Part shown: in pieces, positions 1 through 9,498 of the stretch
Position numbering within the stretch: position 1 is the stretch's first letter
Layout of the letters: the number at the start of each line of letters is the position of its first letter
DNA from: an uncultured Chromatiales bacterium
GTDB taxonomy: Bacteria; Bacteroidota; Ignavibacteria; SZUA-365
Direction of reading: 5' to 3'
Length of the DNA: 64,000 bases
Assembly: GCA_964371045.1 (NCBI GenBank)
Contig: CAYJMN010000003.1
Coordinates: 1,459 to 65,458, forward strand
The notes under the pieces: model-generated
What the model saw: the letters and a program-made list of their open reading frames with translations, nothing else
Told to the model about the DNA's origin: nothing
Database searches by the model: none
Made by a program: the position numbers and the translations under genes

Positions 1-147
1 GATTCTTGAAAACCGAAAGCTGGTCCGCGTTGTCGAGACTCCAGTGTACGACTTCGATCAGAAAGCGACATAACCCGCCGTGTCGGGTATGTTGCCGATA
101 CTGACCATGCGGGACGGCTCATGCACAGGGTATGAAGGGGATCATGA

Positions 148-440
<293 letters not shown>

Positions 441-454
<14 letters not shown>

Positions 455-677
455 AGAGCCATCCATTAGCGAAGCTGATATGAAAACTGAGTACGATTTT
501 TCAGGTGGGAAACGAGGGCGATACGCGCAACTCTTCCCCAGCGATACAATTGCGGTCGTTCTTGATCCGGAGATCGCGGAAGCGTACCCTGACTCACAGT
601 CGGTAAATCGCGCTCTCCACGCCATACTCCAGGCCGCACCTGTACGTCGAGCGAAAACCAAGCACAAAACCACCTAA
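441..677 (+). CDS. BrnA/CopG-like antitoxin (EYDFSxGKRG motif family)
   Basis: 78 aa. Motif KTEYDFSGGKRGRYA ... VVLDPEIAEAY ... SVNRALHAIL is typical of antitoxins encoded downstream of DUF497 toxins. Overlaps the 3' end of the upstream BrnT remnant by 14 nt. Confidence 0.5.
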
Positions 678-1014
678 GCAGCACATCGAGCGTATCCTGA
701 CCACTCGGGAAGGCTGAAGCGCAGGGCGTTGATCGTCGTTGCCGCCACCGCGCAAGCACGCATCTACGAGGCAATCGAGCGGATCGCAGCCGAGGAGTGC
801 ACGCGCGAGCATGAGAAGCAAGCAGCACGCAACAGCCCGCACATCGAGCCAACGCGAACGAAGGCTATTTTTCGACCCAAGGTTTTGTCCGCAGACGGCC
901 CAAACATCCGGCCCGCCTCCCACACTGCAACAAACAAAGCAGCATATATTTTACCCATCCCCATTAACTCCGTCAAGTCAAAACAGCGCGTGGCCGATCA
1001 TGGGGAGGTGTTTA

Positions 1015-1131
1015 CTCTTGCGTTACATTCCCCTCTTTCTTTGCGTCGTTTCATTAAAAATATTCTTTGCGTCTTTGCGCCTTTGCGTTACATTCCCCTC
1101 TTTCTTTGCGTCTTTGCGCCCTTATCGCCGT
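1015..1131. repeat. GCGTTACATTCCCCTC-type short repeats (also at 2181-2262 and 4001-4140)
   Basis: ttgcgttacattcccctctttctttgcgtc at 1017 and 1086. Variants gcgttacattcccctccc at 2203 and 2241. gcgttgaatttt, gcgttgatttct and gcgttaaattcc at 4011, 4051 and 4109. Confidence 0.7.
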
Positions 1132-1244
1132 GATCACGAGAAGGAAATTGAGAGCGCATCGAACCTATGCCATTCCAGTCGGGCTAGCTCACATTGAGCG
1201 TAAGGACGTTTGTTGCGTGTTGCGCAACATGTTATGTTATAAGC

Positions 1245-1522
1245 ATGATCAAGTCGTTCCGGCACAAAGGTTTGCGCCGACTCTTTGAAATCGGCAGCAC
1301 TTCGGGCGTTCAGGCCACCCATGCCAAACGGCTCCGGATGCAGCTCGCGGCCTTGGATACGGCCCAAATCATCGAGGATATGGACATCCCTGGCTTTCGC
1401 TGCATCCACTCAAAGGCGATATGCGCGGTCGTTGGTCCATCACTGTCAACGGCAATTGGCGGATTACGTTCGAGTTCCAAGACGGGAACGCCTACATTCT
1501 GGATTACGAGGACTATCACTAA
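1245..1522 (+). pseudogene. higB: higB (RelE/ParE-family toxin) with a -1 frameshift
   Basis: N-terminal MIKSFRHKGLRRLFEIGSTSGVQATHAKRLRMQLAALDTAQIIEDMDIPGFR runs in frame 0. The conserved C-terminus LHPLKGDMRGRWSITVNGNWRITFEFQDGNAYILDYEDYH ends at TAA 1520-1522 in another frame. One base appears missing near 1405 (ggctttcgc-tgcat). Could be a sequencing error. Confidence 0.55.
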
Positions 1523-1815
1523 TGGCTATGCACAACCCTCCCCATCCCGGCGAGTTTATCACCGACATCTACCTTGAGCCCAACGGCATTAGTGGTCGTG
1601 AGCTGGCGCAAAAGCTGGACGTAGCAGCCTCCACTCTTAGTCGCATCCTTAAGGGTTCCAGCCGTGTCACACCCGAGATGGCTCTCCGCCTTTCCAAGGC
1701 AATTGGCCGTTCTCCTGAGAGTTGGCTCGCCATGCAGGATGCGTATGATCTGTGGGTCGCACGGCAGCACGTCAATCTCAAACGCGTTGCTAAGCTGAAG
1801 CTGGCTGCGGTCTGA
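1522..1815 (+). CDS. higA: HigA antitoxin (HTH XRE family)
   Basis: 97 aa MAMHNPPHPGEFITDIYLEPNGISGRELAQKLDVAASTLSRILKGSSRVTPEMALRLSKAIGRSPESWLAMQ. The start ATG overlaps the higB stop (TAATG). Confidence 0.8.
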   Translation: MAMHNPPHPGEFITDIYLEPNGISGRELAQKLDVAASTLSRILKGSSRVTPEMALRLSKAIGRSPESWLAMQDAYDLWVARQHVNLKRVAKLKLAAV

Positions 1816-1843
1816 GCTGCGTTTCGAGCCGACGCGAGCTCAC

Positions 1844-2137
1844 ATGAAAATACTCAAGCAGATTCCGAACTTTAAGACCGAGGACGAAGAACGAGACTTC
1901 TGGGCAACCCACGACTCAACCGAATATGTGGATTGGTCGAAGGCGAGGCCCACGCTTTTCTCGAACTTGAAACCATCGAGTAGAATGATTTCGATCCGCC
2001 TACCAGAGTCCTTGCCTGAGCGTATTAAGCTCCTCGCGAACCAACGAGACGTTCCCTACCAATCACTCTTGAAGATTCTTCTGGCGGAAAAGGTCCAGGA
2101 GACACTTCAGTCCGCTAAACGGCGCGGAGCTGCCTGA
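1844..2137 (+). CDS. BrnA/CopG-family antitoxin-like protein (orphan copy)
   Basis: 97 aa. About 85% identical to the BrnA at 11288-11581 (FWATHDSTEY ... RLPESL ... LANQRDVPYQSLLKILLAEKVQETLQS). No adjacent intact BrnT. Confidence 0.7.
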   Translation: MKILKQIPNFKTEDEERDFWATHDSTEYVDWSKARPTLFSNLKPSSRMISIRLPESLPERIKLLANQRDVPYQSLLKILLAEKVQETLQSAKRRGAA

Positions 2138-2380
2138 CAATTCATTCAGGCCGGCACCGCTTCGTGGCTCGGTCTTTACGTTTTTGCGCTCTTGCGCCTT
2201 TGCGTTACATTCCCCTCCCTTTATTTGCGCCTTTGCGTTACATTCTCCTCCCTTTCTTTGTGCGGATCGGATTTCACCACAGCGATCACAGACGACTTGT
2301 GTTGTAACAGGTGGCCAGATTTTGCGGATCTCCTTTAACGCCGAAATCGCCGAGGGCACAGACGGAATTTTGAGGCAGAA

Positions 2381-2410
2381 ACACCCGCTCTTCAGCGGGT
2401 TTTTTTTCGA
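2381..2410 (+). terminator. rho-independent terminator-like hairpin
   Basis: aaacacccgctcttcagcgggtttttttt. Confidence 0.5.
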
Positions 2411-2551
2411 TTTTTTTTTCGCTTCGAGCTGATTTTCAATTTGAATTTGAAGTAATATGCCGTACCTTGACGGGGTTCACCCAACAAAAAAACCATCGCC
2501 GGGGCAGTCGCTTCACTTTCCCGGACGCAAATAGAAAGGAGTCATAGTACT

Positions 2552-2839
2552 ATGGCCAGATTTCTCCTCGAAGTTCCGCATGCGGCCGACCCTGCCGCCT
2601 GCACACTCGCAATCAAGATTCTCCTCGAGAGCGGCTCCCATTACCTGACCAAGGCGGATTTTGGGTGCAAGGACGATGAGCACAAGGCATGGATCGTTAT
2701 CGAAGCCGACAACAAGGAGGAAGCCCGTTTCATGCTTCCACCCGTGTATCGGTCCGCCGCCCACGTCGTGCAGCTTGCAAAATTCACCATCCAGGACGTC
2801 GAAGAGATGATGCGGCATCACGAGACGGCCGCCCACTGA
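2552..2839 (+). CDS. hypothetical protein
   Basis: 95-aa ORF with balanced composition. RBS-like aaaggag sits 9 nt upstream of the ATG. Lies inside an intergenic repeat cluster. Confidence 0.4.
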   Translation: MARFLLEVPHAADPAACTLAIKILLESGSHYLTKADFGCKDDEHKAWIVIEADNKEEARFMLPPVYRSAAHVVQLAKFTIQDVEEMMRHHETAAH

Positions 2840-3444
2840 GTGTGGGAGTGACGTATGGCCGTCCCCAGTGTGCACCTCTGCACGTTCAAAAGAGTCCCCG
2901 CCCTCTTGATGGACCACATTGTGCGAATCTCCATTTATCGCAGAGATCGTTGACGGGCTAGATTGTGCGGATCTCCTTTTTATCGCAGAGAGCGCAGAGA
3001 GCGCCGAGGGCACAGAGAGAGACTTAGAGGTCGCATCTCGAATGGTTTCCGTTGAGTTGAAAAAAGCAAGTCGATGATTTCCAACACGATTTGCTCCAGA
3101 CTCATGTAACTGAGACATTCTAAAAATATCTCCGCGCGCTCTGCGCCCTCTGTGCCCTCGGCGATAAAAAGTTGACCCGCACAATGTGTCACGACTATGG
3201 AATTCGCTCGTCGTACCCTCAGTGATCAAAAAGTTTTCACGGAATTGTGTTGTTGCAGGTTGTCAGATTGTGCGGATTCGGAGGTATGCTGAGATCGACA
3301 ACGCAAGTTGATGCCGGGCCATGGATACGGTTAAAGCCAGGAAACCCGAGACATCCAATTTATCTCTCTGTGACCTCTGTACCCCTCTGTGCCCTCTGTG
3401 ATCAATCAATTTAATATAAAGGTCCACTGACCAGGAGGAATGAC

Positions 3445-3930
3445 ATGCATAAGCAAGCAAAGAATACCATCTGTCTTTGGTACGATAAGGACGCCGAGGA
3501 AGCGGCGCGATTTTACGCCGAGACCTTTCCCGATTCTTCCGTTGACGCGGTACGCCTCTCACCGGGGGACTATCCACCCCACAAGAAAGGAGATGTGTTG
3601 ACGGTCGAGTTCACCGTGATGGGAATTCCCTGCATCGGGCTCAATGGTGGTCCCGATGTCAAACACAACTGGGCCTTCTCGTTTCAGGTTGCAACCGCCG
3701 ACCAGGCCGAAACGGATCGTTACTGGAACGCCATCGTCGGCAATGGCGGCGAGGAGAGCGCCTGCGGTTGGTGCAAGGACAAATGGGGCCTGTCCTGGCA
3801 GATTACGCCAGTGGCCTTGATTGAAGCGATAACCGATCCCGATCCCGCCGTCACCAAGCGCGCGTTCGATGCGATGCTGGAGATGAAAAAGATCGACATC
3901 GCTGCAATAGAAGCGGCCCGCCGCGGCTGA
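3445..3930 (+). CDS. VOC-family protein (PhnB / 3-demethylubiquinone-9 3-methyltransferase-like domain)
   Basis: 161 aa. N-terminal CLWYDKDAEEAARFYAETFPDS and GGPDVKHNWAFSFQV are typical of the PF06983 glyoxalase-like fold. aggagg RBS upstream. Confidence 0.8.
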   Translation: MHKQAKNTICLWYDKDAEEAARFYAETFPDSSVDAVRLSPGDYPPHKKGDVLTVEFTVMGIPCIGLNGGPDVKHNWAFSFQVATADQAETDRYWNAIVGNGGEESACGWCKDKWGLSWQITPVALIEAITDPDPAVTKRAFDAMLEMKKIDIAAIEAARRG

Positions 3931-4343
3931 AATCGACATTCTTCGAAGGGTGCATGCCGTTCAATCGACGTCCTTCCGCGGCTGCGCGGCCTCTGCACCT
4001 CTACGCCTTGCGTTGAATTTTCTCCGCTCCTCTGCGTCTCTGCGCCTCTGCGTTGATTTCTCCTCCCCCTGCCTCTCTCCTCTGCGTCTCTGCGCCTTTG
4101 CGTCTCTGCGTTAAATTCCCCTCCCCTGCGGCTTTCCTCCGCGCCTCTGCGCTGGCAAATACAAAAGATGCTATTATATTATGGCTTGAAACAGCGAAAG
4201 GATTTGGTGACCCGATTCCTGAACCGAAAGGACGGATGTTGCATTTCGCATGAGCAATCGACGTGCCTAATCCGCGCATCGATCCGATCCCCACCACTCG
4301 CGCCTACTTACGCGAAAGACGTTAACCATCACAAGAGGCGACC

Positions 4344-4727
4344 ATGAAGACTTACGACCCGGAAATCCCACCTCTGCCCGCCGAGTGGCTCGCGATTGAC
4401 GAGCAGCGCCGGACACAACTCATAGAGTCGTACCACCGCGCTAAGGGCGTGAAATTACCCAACGTCAAGTTGCACGCGCTGTTTCACGCCATCATCGAGA
4501 ACCAGATCGCTACGGGGGTGGAACCAGTGGTCCGTGCAATGGCTCGCCTTCGGACGCAAGGTCTGTCGCGTCACGAAACGCTGCACGCCATCGCTTCGGT
4601 GCTTACCGACCACTTCTTCGAAATAATGAAGAACAAAGACAAAAGCCTCTCTACCAACGCGCAGGAGAGCTACAACGCCGGAGTCGAGCGGCTCACGGCC
4701 AAGGAGTGGAGAAGCAAGTATAAATAG
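4344..4727 (+). CDS. hypothetical protein (tandem paralog 1)
   Basis: 127 aa. About 65% identical to the next ORF. Both are preceded by the same conserved leader ...atccccaccactcgcg...gttaac..cacaagaggcgaccATG. Confidence 0.65.
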   Translation: MKTYDPEIPPLPAEWLAIDEQRRTQLIESYHRAKGVKLPNVKLHALFHAIIENQIATGVEPVVRAMARLRTQGLSRHETLHAIASVLTDHFFEIMKNKDKSLSTNAQESYNAGVERLTAKEWRSKYK

Positions 4728-4815
4728 CAAGCAGCACGTGACATCCAGCGTCCGCATCGAACCGATCCCCACCACTCGCGACGGCTCACGCTCAGGATGT
4801 TAACAAGCACAAGAG

Positions 4816-5205
4816 GTGACCATGAAACACTACGACCCGGAAATCCCGCCGGTGACCGCCGAGTGGCTTGAGCTTGACGAGGAGCACCGGATACGGCTCG
4901 CAGAGTCCTACCACCGCGCTACGGGCGAGAAATTCCCCAACGTCAAGGTGCACGCGATTATGCACGCCATCATCGAGAACCAGATCGCTGAGGGGCTGGA
5001 ACCAGTGGTCCGTGCAATGCCTCGCCTTGTGATGCAAGGTCTGTCTCGTCACGAAGCAGTGCACGCCATCGCTTCGGTGCTTGGCGAGCACTTCTACGAA
5101 GTAATGAAGACCAAAGACATAGACCTTGCCGCCACAGCGCAAGAGCGCTACCTCGCCGATGTCGAGCGGCTCACGGCCGAAGAGTGGTTTCGCAAGTATG
5201 AATAG
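4816..5205 (+). CDS. hypothetical protein (tandem paralog 2)
   Basis: 129 aa paralog of 4344-4727, with the same leader sequence upstream. Confidence 0.65.
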   Translation: MTMKHYDPEIPPVTAEWLELDEEHRIRLAESYHRATGEKFPNVKVHAIMHAIIENQIAEGLEPVVRAMPRLVMQGLSRHEAVHAIASVLGEHFYEVMKTKDIDLAATAQERYLADVERLTAEEWFRKYE

Positions 5206-5336
5206 CAGGCAGCACGTGACGGCTCGCCCGCGCATCAAACCCTTCCCGACCAGTCGGGATGACTCACGCGCGTGACGCTAGGCTGTGCTTTGTTGATGTA
5301 ATATTCTGAACATTCAGAAGTGGTAGGTCCTCCATC

Positions 5337-5573
5337 ATGCCTAATCTCCTCACTATCGAGGGATTCAGATTCTTCTTCTACAGTTTGGAGGATCGTGAAG
5401 CGCCGCACTTCTCGATCGCACACTGCCGCTATACAAAGTTTTGGCTGGATCCGGTTAATTTAGCGGCAAACCGTGGTTTTCGAATCCATGAACTGACAAA
5501 TATTCGTATCTTGGTTGATAAGAATCGAAAGTTTTTCCTGGAGAGCTGGAATGCATACTTTAGTGGCAAGTAA
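5337..5573 (+). CDS. DUF4160 domain protein
   Basis: 78 aa. MPNLLTIEGFRFFFYSLEDREAPHFSIAH...KFWLDPVNLAANRGF matches the DUF4160 pattern. Confidence 0.75.
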   Translation: MPNLLTIEGFRFFFYSLEDREAPHFSIAHCRYTKFWLDPVNLAANRGFRIHELTNIRILVDKNRKFFLESWNAYFSGK

Positions 5574-5892
5574 TGACGCAATTGCGATAGATGTATCTTG
5601 TTCTCGGGACGCCCTCACTGTAGAGCTTGACGATGGGCGAACGATAACCGTTCCTTTGCAGTGGTTTCCTCGCCTCCTCGGTGCCACCGACAGACAGAAG
5701 AAACGATGGGAATTCATTGGAGGAGGGATCGGTATCCATTGGGAGGAAATCGATGAGGATATTTCTGTAGCGAGCCTCTTGACCCCCGAGCGGTTCATGC
5801 TGATGACTGAACTGGTTTCAGAACCACCGCCCCGCTCACAACGCAAATCGAATCCCGGCGAACGGCACGTTCCGCACAGGGCTAAAACCTGA
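5551..5892 (+). CDS. DUF2442 domain protein
   Basis: ATG at 5551 (MHTLVASNDAIAIDV...DGRTITVPLQWFPRLL...IHWEEIDEDISVASLL). Overlaps the DUF4160 gene by 23 nt, the usual two-gene arrangement for these families. Confidence 0.75.
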   Translation: MHTLVASNDAIAIDVSCSRDALTVELDDGRTITVPLQWFPRLLGATDRQKKRWEFIGGGIGIHWEEIDEDISVASLLTPERFMLMTELVSEPPPRSQRKSNPGERHVPHRAKT

Positions 5893-6079
5893 CAACTCAA
5901 CGAAGAGTTAGCGCTCAGCCCACGCGGATTCGACACGACGAGGTGTGCACTCACGTAGAACTCTTCCAGACCAGTCATGACGGCTCACGCGCGGGACGTC
6001 AGTCCGCTCGGAGCACGAAGCATGATAAGCGCAACTGGATTGGCACATCGCTTCGATCTCACTCTCGCTCAATCTATCT

Positions 6080-6763
6080 ATGGTACTGTCGACCGGGGCT
6101 ATGATGTGGGGAAATGATGCCGACAAGCACGAATTCGGCGCGCTCTGTCCGCTGTGGTACGCCGAAGATCACTCCGCGCGTGACCGCAAAAAAGCCGTGA
6201 AGCGCTTCATCCCACTTGTGAACCGCGGCTACGCGCCGGCACAATGCGCGCTCGCCATGGCTTACTTCGACGGGGCTGGCGTACGCCGCGACTATCCCCT
6301 TTGCTATCGCCATTTCCTTGCGTCGGCGGAGCAAGGGTATCCGAGCGCGGAGTGCATGATCGGCAACTTCTACGCCACCGTAAAGCCAAGGTACGATGTG
6401 TGCCAATACGACCCGGCACGGGGAGTGCAGTGGTGGCGGCGCGCTGCCGAAAACGGCAACGCCGGCGCGCAACTCAATCTGGCCACCGCTTGCAGCACGG
6501 ACAATGGGCTCGACGAGGACAACCTTGAGGCGTTTGTCTGGGCCTGCCTCGCCGTGCACTGCTCGGCAATCCGCTTCCGGCAAGCGGAGGTACTGCGCGA
6601 TCAGGTCGAGAGCAAGCTCGACGTCACGCAGCGCGCCTACGCCGATGCGCGCGTGTCGGACTTGAAGGCTGTGCTGCCGTTTCCCTGGTCAGATCACTTG
6701 CGGTACTGGATGAGCCTCGCGCAGGAGGTCGGAATCCTGACTAGCTCGAAGAAGGCGGAGTAG
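6080..6763 (+). CDS. Sel1-repeat (TPR-like) protein
   Basis: 227 aa with repeated A..GxxxAQxxLAxxYxxGxGVxxDY-like units (AQCALAMAYFDGAGVRRDY; AECMIGNFY; AQLNLATAC). Confidence 0.6.
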   Translation: MVLSTGAMMWGNDADKHEFGALCPLWYAEDHSARDRKKAVKRFIPLVNRGYAPAQCALAMAYFDGAGVRRDYPLCYRHFLASAEQGYPSAECMIGNFYATVKPRYDVCQYDPARGVQWWRRAAENGNAGAQLNLATACSTDNGLDEDNLEAFVWACLAVHCSAIRFRQAEVLRDQVESKLDVTQRAYADARVSDLKAVLPFPWSDHLRYWMSLAQEVGILTSSKKAE

Positions 6764-6938
6764 TTGAACGTCGTTCCTCCTGGAGTTGTCGGCGCGCTGA
6801 CTAACCCGCCCCGGTGGCGTTGCAGCGGAAGTTGCTCCGTGCCGCCGCTGATGCTGAGCGTCAGGCATCCTGATGATGCATCATGAGGATGAAGTGCAGT
6901 GTGTTGATTTTGTGTAGCCTAATGGCTACATTCCTGTT

Positions 6939-7229
6939 GTGTACGAGATTAGAAAGACAGACGTATTCGTGAAGTGGTTAGACTCTTTGGATGACCTCGG
7001 CGGTCGAGCGCGAATATTAGCCCGACTAAAGCGCTTGGAAGGAGGTCATCTTGGAGACGCAGCCGGTGTCGGCGGTGGAGTATCGGAAATGCGCATCCAC
7101 TATGGGCCGGGTTACCGAATTTACTACACCCGAGTTGGAAAGACGGTTATACTTCTGCTGGCTGGTGGCGACAAAAGCACGCAATCGGCTGACGTAAGGA
7201 GAGCAATCCGAATGACGGAAAATACATGA
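6939..7229 (+). CDS. addiction-module killer protein (RelE/ParE superfamily, TIGR02683-like)
   Basis: 96 aa. MYEIRKTDVFVKWLDSL...ARILARLKRLEGGHLGD...GVSEMRIHYGPGYRIYYTRVGKTVILLLAGGDKSTQSADV matches the putative killer family. Confidence 0.75.
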   Translation: MYEIRKTDVFVKWLDSLDDLGGRARILARLKRLEGGHLGDAAGVGGGVSEMRIHYGPGYRIYYTRVGKTVILLLAGGDKSTQSADVRRAIRMTENT

Positions 7230-7236
7230 GGCAAGC

Positions 7237-7614
7237 ATGGGTAAAATAAAAACATCCCGGTTTGATGTAGCGGAACATCTACGGACATCCGAAGAGATGG
7301 CGGCTTACCTGGAGGCGTGCATCGCGGAGGCACCGCAAGACGCAGCGTTCATCGCGAAAGCGGTGGGTGATATCGCGCGAGCAAAGGGTATGAGCCAGGT
7401 TGCTCATGATTCCGGTCTCTCGCGCGAGAGCCTCTATAAAGCGCTCTCCGGCGAGCGTAATCCGGATTTCGACACAATCCTCCGCGTCCTGTCGGCGCTC
7501 GGCCTACGGCTCCACGCCACAATCGAATCGTCGATACCAATGCCCAAAAAGCGCATGCAACCGACCCGAGCAAAACAAAGGACGAAACCTCAATCCCCTT
7601 CCGTGCGCGGCTGA
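7237..7614 (+). CDS. addiction-module antidote protein (HTH, TIGR02684-like)
   Basis: 125 aa. RFDVAEHLRTSEEMAAYLEACIAE...ARAKGMSQVAHDSGLSRESLYKALSGERNPDFDTILRVLSALGLRL. Starts 7 nt after the killer gene. Confidence 0.75.
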   Translation: MGKIKTSRFDVAEHLRTSEEMAAYLEACIAEAPQDAAFIAKAVGDIARAKGMSQVAHDSGLSRESLYKALSGERNPDFDTILRVLSALGLRLHATIESSIPMPKKRMQPTRAKQRTKPQSPSVRG

Positions 7615-8282
7615 TGCGCCAACCGTTCGGGCCAGCACAACATGCAAGAGATGAGTGCCAGCCAATGAGGATTTTCATCACAGGAGTCGGCTGTGTCGGC
7701 AAATCGACGATCGGCAAAAAACTGGCTGCCCTATTATGCCGTCCGTTCTTCGACCTGGACCTGGAGATAGAAAGCTATTTTGGAACGTCCATTGAGCGGC
7801 TCCAGAATCGTTTCCTGACGCCATACTCATATCGTGTAGAGGCTTCGAAGGCATTGATGCACGTCCTGTCGCGAGAGGACAGTCAGAACGCCATTATAGC
7901 CTTGCCGTCGAGCGGTCTCATGGGATCCTACTGGCGCATAGTGAAAAAGGTGAATTCCACGACGGTGGTTCTCGAAGATACACCGGAAAACATTCTGAAC
8001 AGGATCACGTTCTATAACATCGATTCCAGACTGATTGAGCGGACGTTGTCTGAAAGCGAGAAGCAGTATTACGTGAAAGAGATCCGAAGGGACATCAGCT
8101 ATTACCGCCCCTCGTACAAACGAGCTACCCTAACTGTCTCCATCGTGGGAATGGACGCCGATGAAGCTGCCGAGACGGTATTTCGCGTACTCATCGAATC
8201 GTTGCCGAATGAGTCGGGAGCGGAGCCCGAAGCATGCGCATCATATCGGACGGACTCCAGCGTCGCTTCGGCCAGCCGGTGA
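7614..8282 (+). CDS. P-loop NTPase, shikimate-kinase-like AAA family
   Basis: Walker A RIFITGVGCVGKSTIGKKLA. The ATG at 7614 overlaps the antidote stop (TGATG), suggesting translational coupling. An alternative start is the ATG at 7665. Confidence 0.6.
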   Translation: MRQPFGPAQHARDECQPMRIFITGVGCVGKSTIGKKLAALLCRPFFDLDLEIESYFGTSIERLQNRFLTPYSYRVEASKALMHVLSREDSQNAIIALPSSGLMGSYWRIVKKVNSTTVVLEDTPENILNRITFYNIDSRLIERTLSESEKQYYVKEIRRDISYYRPSYKRATLTVSIVGMDADEAAETVFRVLIESLPNESGAEPEACASYRTDSSVASASR

Positions 8283-8473
8283 TGCGCCGAACCACCTAAC
8301 CCGCGTGTCAAGCCAATCACGCACAGTCAGAAAAGCTGACACGCGCTGAACGTTAGGCGCATACAAGGACGATCTTTTCTTTAGTTCTGAGTCGAATTAT
8401 ATTGGGTATCAAATCAGCGGTAAAACTGAAATTCCAATCCCCTCTTGTGTCGCGTCCGAAGGTATAAATCCAA

Positions 8474-8821
8474 ATGAACGAAAACGGAATTTCGAAGGAA
8501 TACGAGGAACTGGTAAAAACCTTTCTCCGATTACTGGAAACCGACGCGGACGAGCAGGGTCTGGACGACAGCGAATGCATCGCTCGGATACGGCTTGTTC
8601 TTGAAGGGATTGTTGCCGACGTAACATCTCATGGCACCGATCCACAGCATGCAGAAATTTTTTTCCAGGAAATGAGAGACCATGCGCGTGAGCTTTTCAT
8701 CCAGCGCTGCAAGGACGCAAGGGCAAGATATGGAGATGATGAGCCTGAAGACGCCGATGAGGCACATGAGGACGGCGAATATTTCGATAAACTCTATCGT
8801 GGTGAAATTATTCCTTTATAG
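8474..8821 (+). CDS. hypothetical acidic protein
   Basis: 115-aa ORF, D/E-rich, about 50% GC, weak RBS. Confidence 0.35.
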   Translation: MNENGISKEYEELVKTFLRLLETDADEQGLDDSECIARIRLVLEGIVADVTSHGTDPQHAEIFFQEMRDHARELFIQRCKDARARYGDDEPEDADEAHEDGEYFDKLYRGEIIPL

Positions 8822-9174
8822 CGTCGGAATAGCACACAATTTTTCGGTTCTTCGTCTGGCTCGCGACCAATCCAGAGGCCAGTGGCGTCATCCCGGAGAA
8901 TTGTGGCTGTCGTACGGTACGTCAGTCCTGTGCCGGCACGGGCAAACGTGGCAGAGTTTTGTGGGAGCAAGTTCACCGCTCCCCTCCCAGCACCGCCCAG
9001 GCGCTTATCTTTATGCCAAACGCCATCCCGAAGTCGTACCTGACGCACTGGCTTGAAACAGAGGGTTAAGTTCTCGTGCAGTCGAACGTCCGAAACGCTG
9101 CTCTTGCAGGGACAATTCGGCGTCCGACATCCGGTCGCCGGTCACCTCAATCGTTCGCACACACGGAAAGAGGC

Positions 9175-9498
9175 ATGAAAGACATGGCCATACCCGAAAA
9201 ATACCAAGCCTGGATTGAGGCGCGGAAGCGTTTTAAGCTTACCCACGCCCAAATACAGATGGCCCGGGAACTCGGTATGAACCCCAAAAAATTCGGTAGT
9301 CTCGCCAACCACGATCAGGAGCCCTGGAAGGTGCCGCTCGCCGAATTCATCGAGGATCTTTATCAAAAGAACTTCAAGAAAGCGGAACCCGATATCGTCC
9401 GATCCATCGAAGACATAGCGAAGGCGGCGAAGGCAAAGAAGGACGGGAAGAAGGCACGAAAGCGAGCAAGATCCGCGGAGGAACCGGGAGATGCATAA
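9175..9498 (+). CDS. hypothetical protein (Lys-rich C-terminus)
   Basis: ATG at 9175 preceded by ggaaagagg. MKDMAIPEKYQAWIEARKRF..., C-terminal KAAKAKKDGKKARKRAR. Confidence 0.4.
   Translation: MKDMAIPEKYQAWIEARKRFKLTHAQIQMARELGMNPKKFGSLANHDQEPWKVPLAEFIEDLYQKNFKKAEPDIVRSIEDIAKAAKAKKDGKKARKRARSAEEPGDA

Larger units (their letters stand above)
2317..3403. repeat. cluster of 45-60-bp interspersed repeats (attgtgcggatctcctttttatcgc...cgccgagggcacagag) in both orientations
   Basis: Copies at 2317-2365, 2917-2945, 2961-3020, 3139-3186 (inverted), partial at 3264-3284, and a related ctctgtg tract at 3365-3403. Confidence 0.75.

Noticed and set aside
729-1197. ORFs 729-1133 and 739-1197
   Set aside because: They overlap each other and read through the GCGTTACATTCCCCTC repeats (CVFAPLRYIPLFLCVFAPL), so are likely repeat translation artefacts.
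2513-3229. 238-aa minus-strand ORF
   Set aside because: Spans the dispersed repeat cluster. The translation is dominated by the repeat units (RRGHRGRRARG..., SALSALSA).
2317-3403. Possible CRISPR array
   Set aside because: Repeat units occur in both orientations with irregular spacing (about 44 to about 600 bp) and variable length. There are no uniform spacers and no cas genes nearby.
5235-6126. Small minus-strand ORFs 5235-5423 and 5908-6126 sharing V(T/P)RVS(H/R)(P/H)DWSGRV
   Set aside because: The shared peptide is simply the translation of the recurrent roughly 40-bp trailer repeat. No start context.
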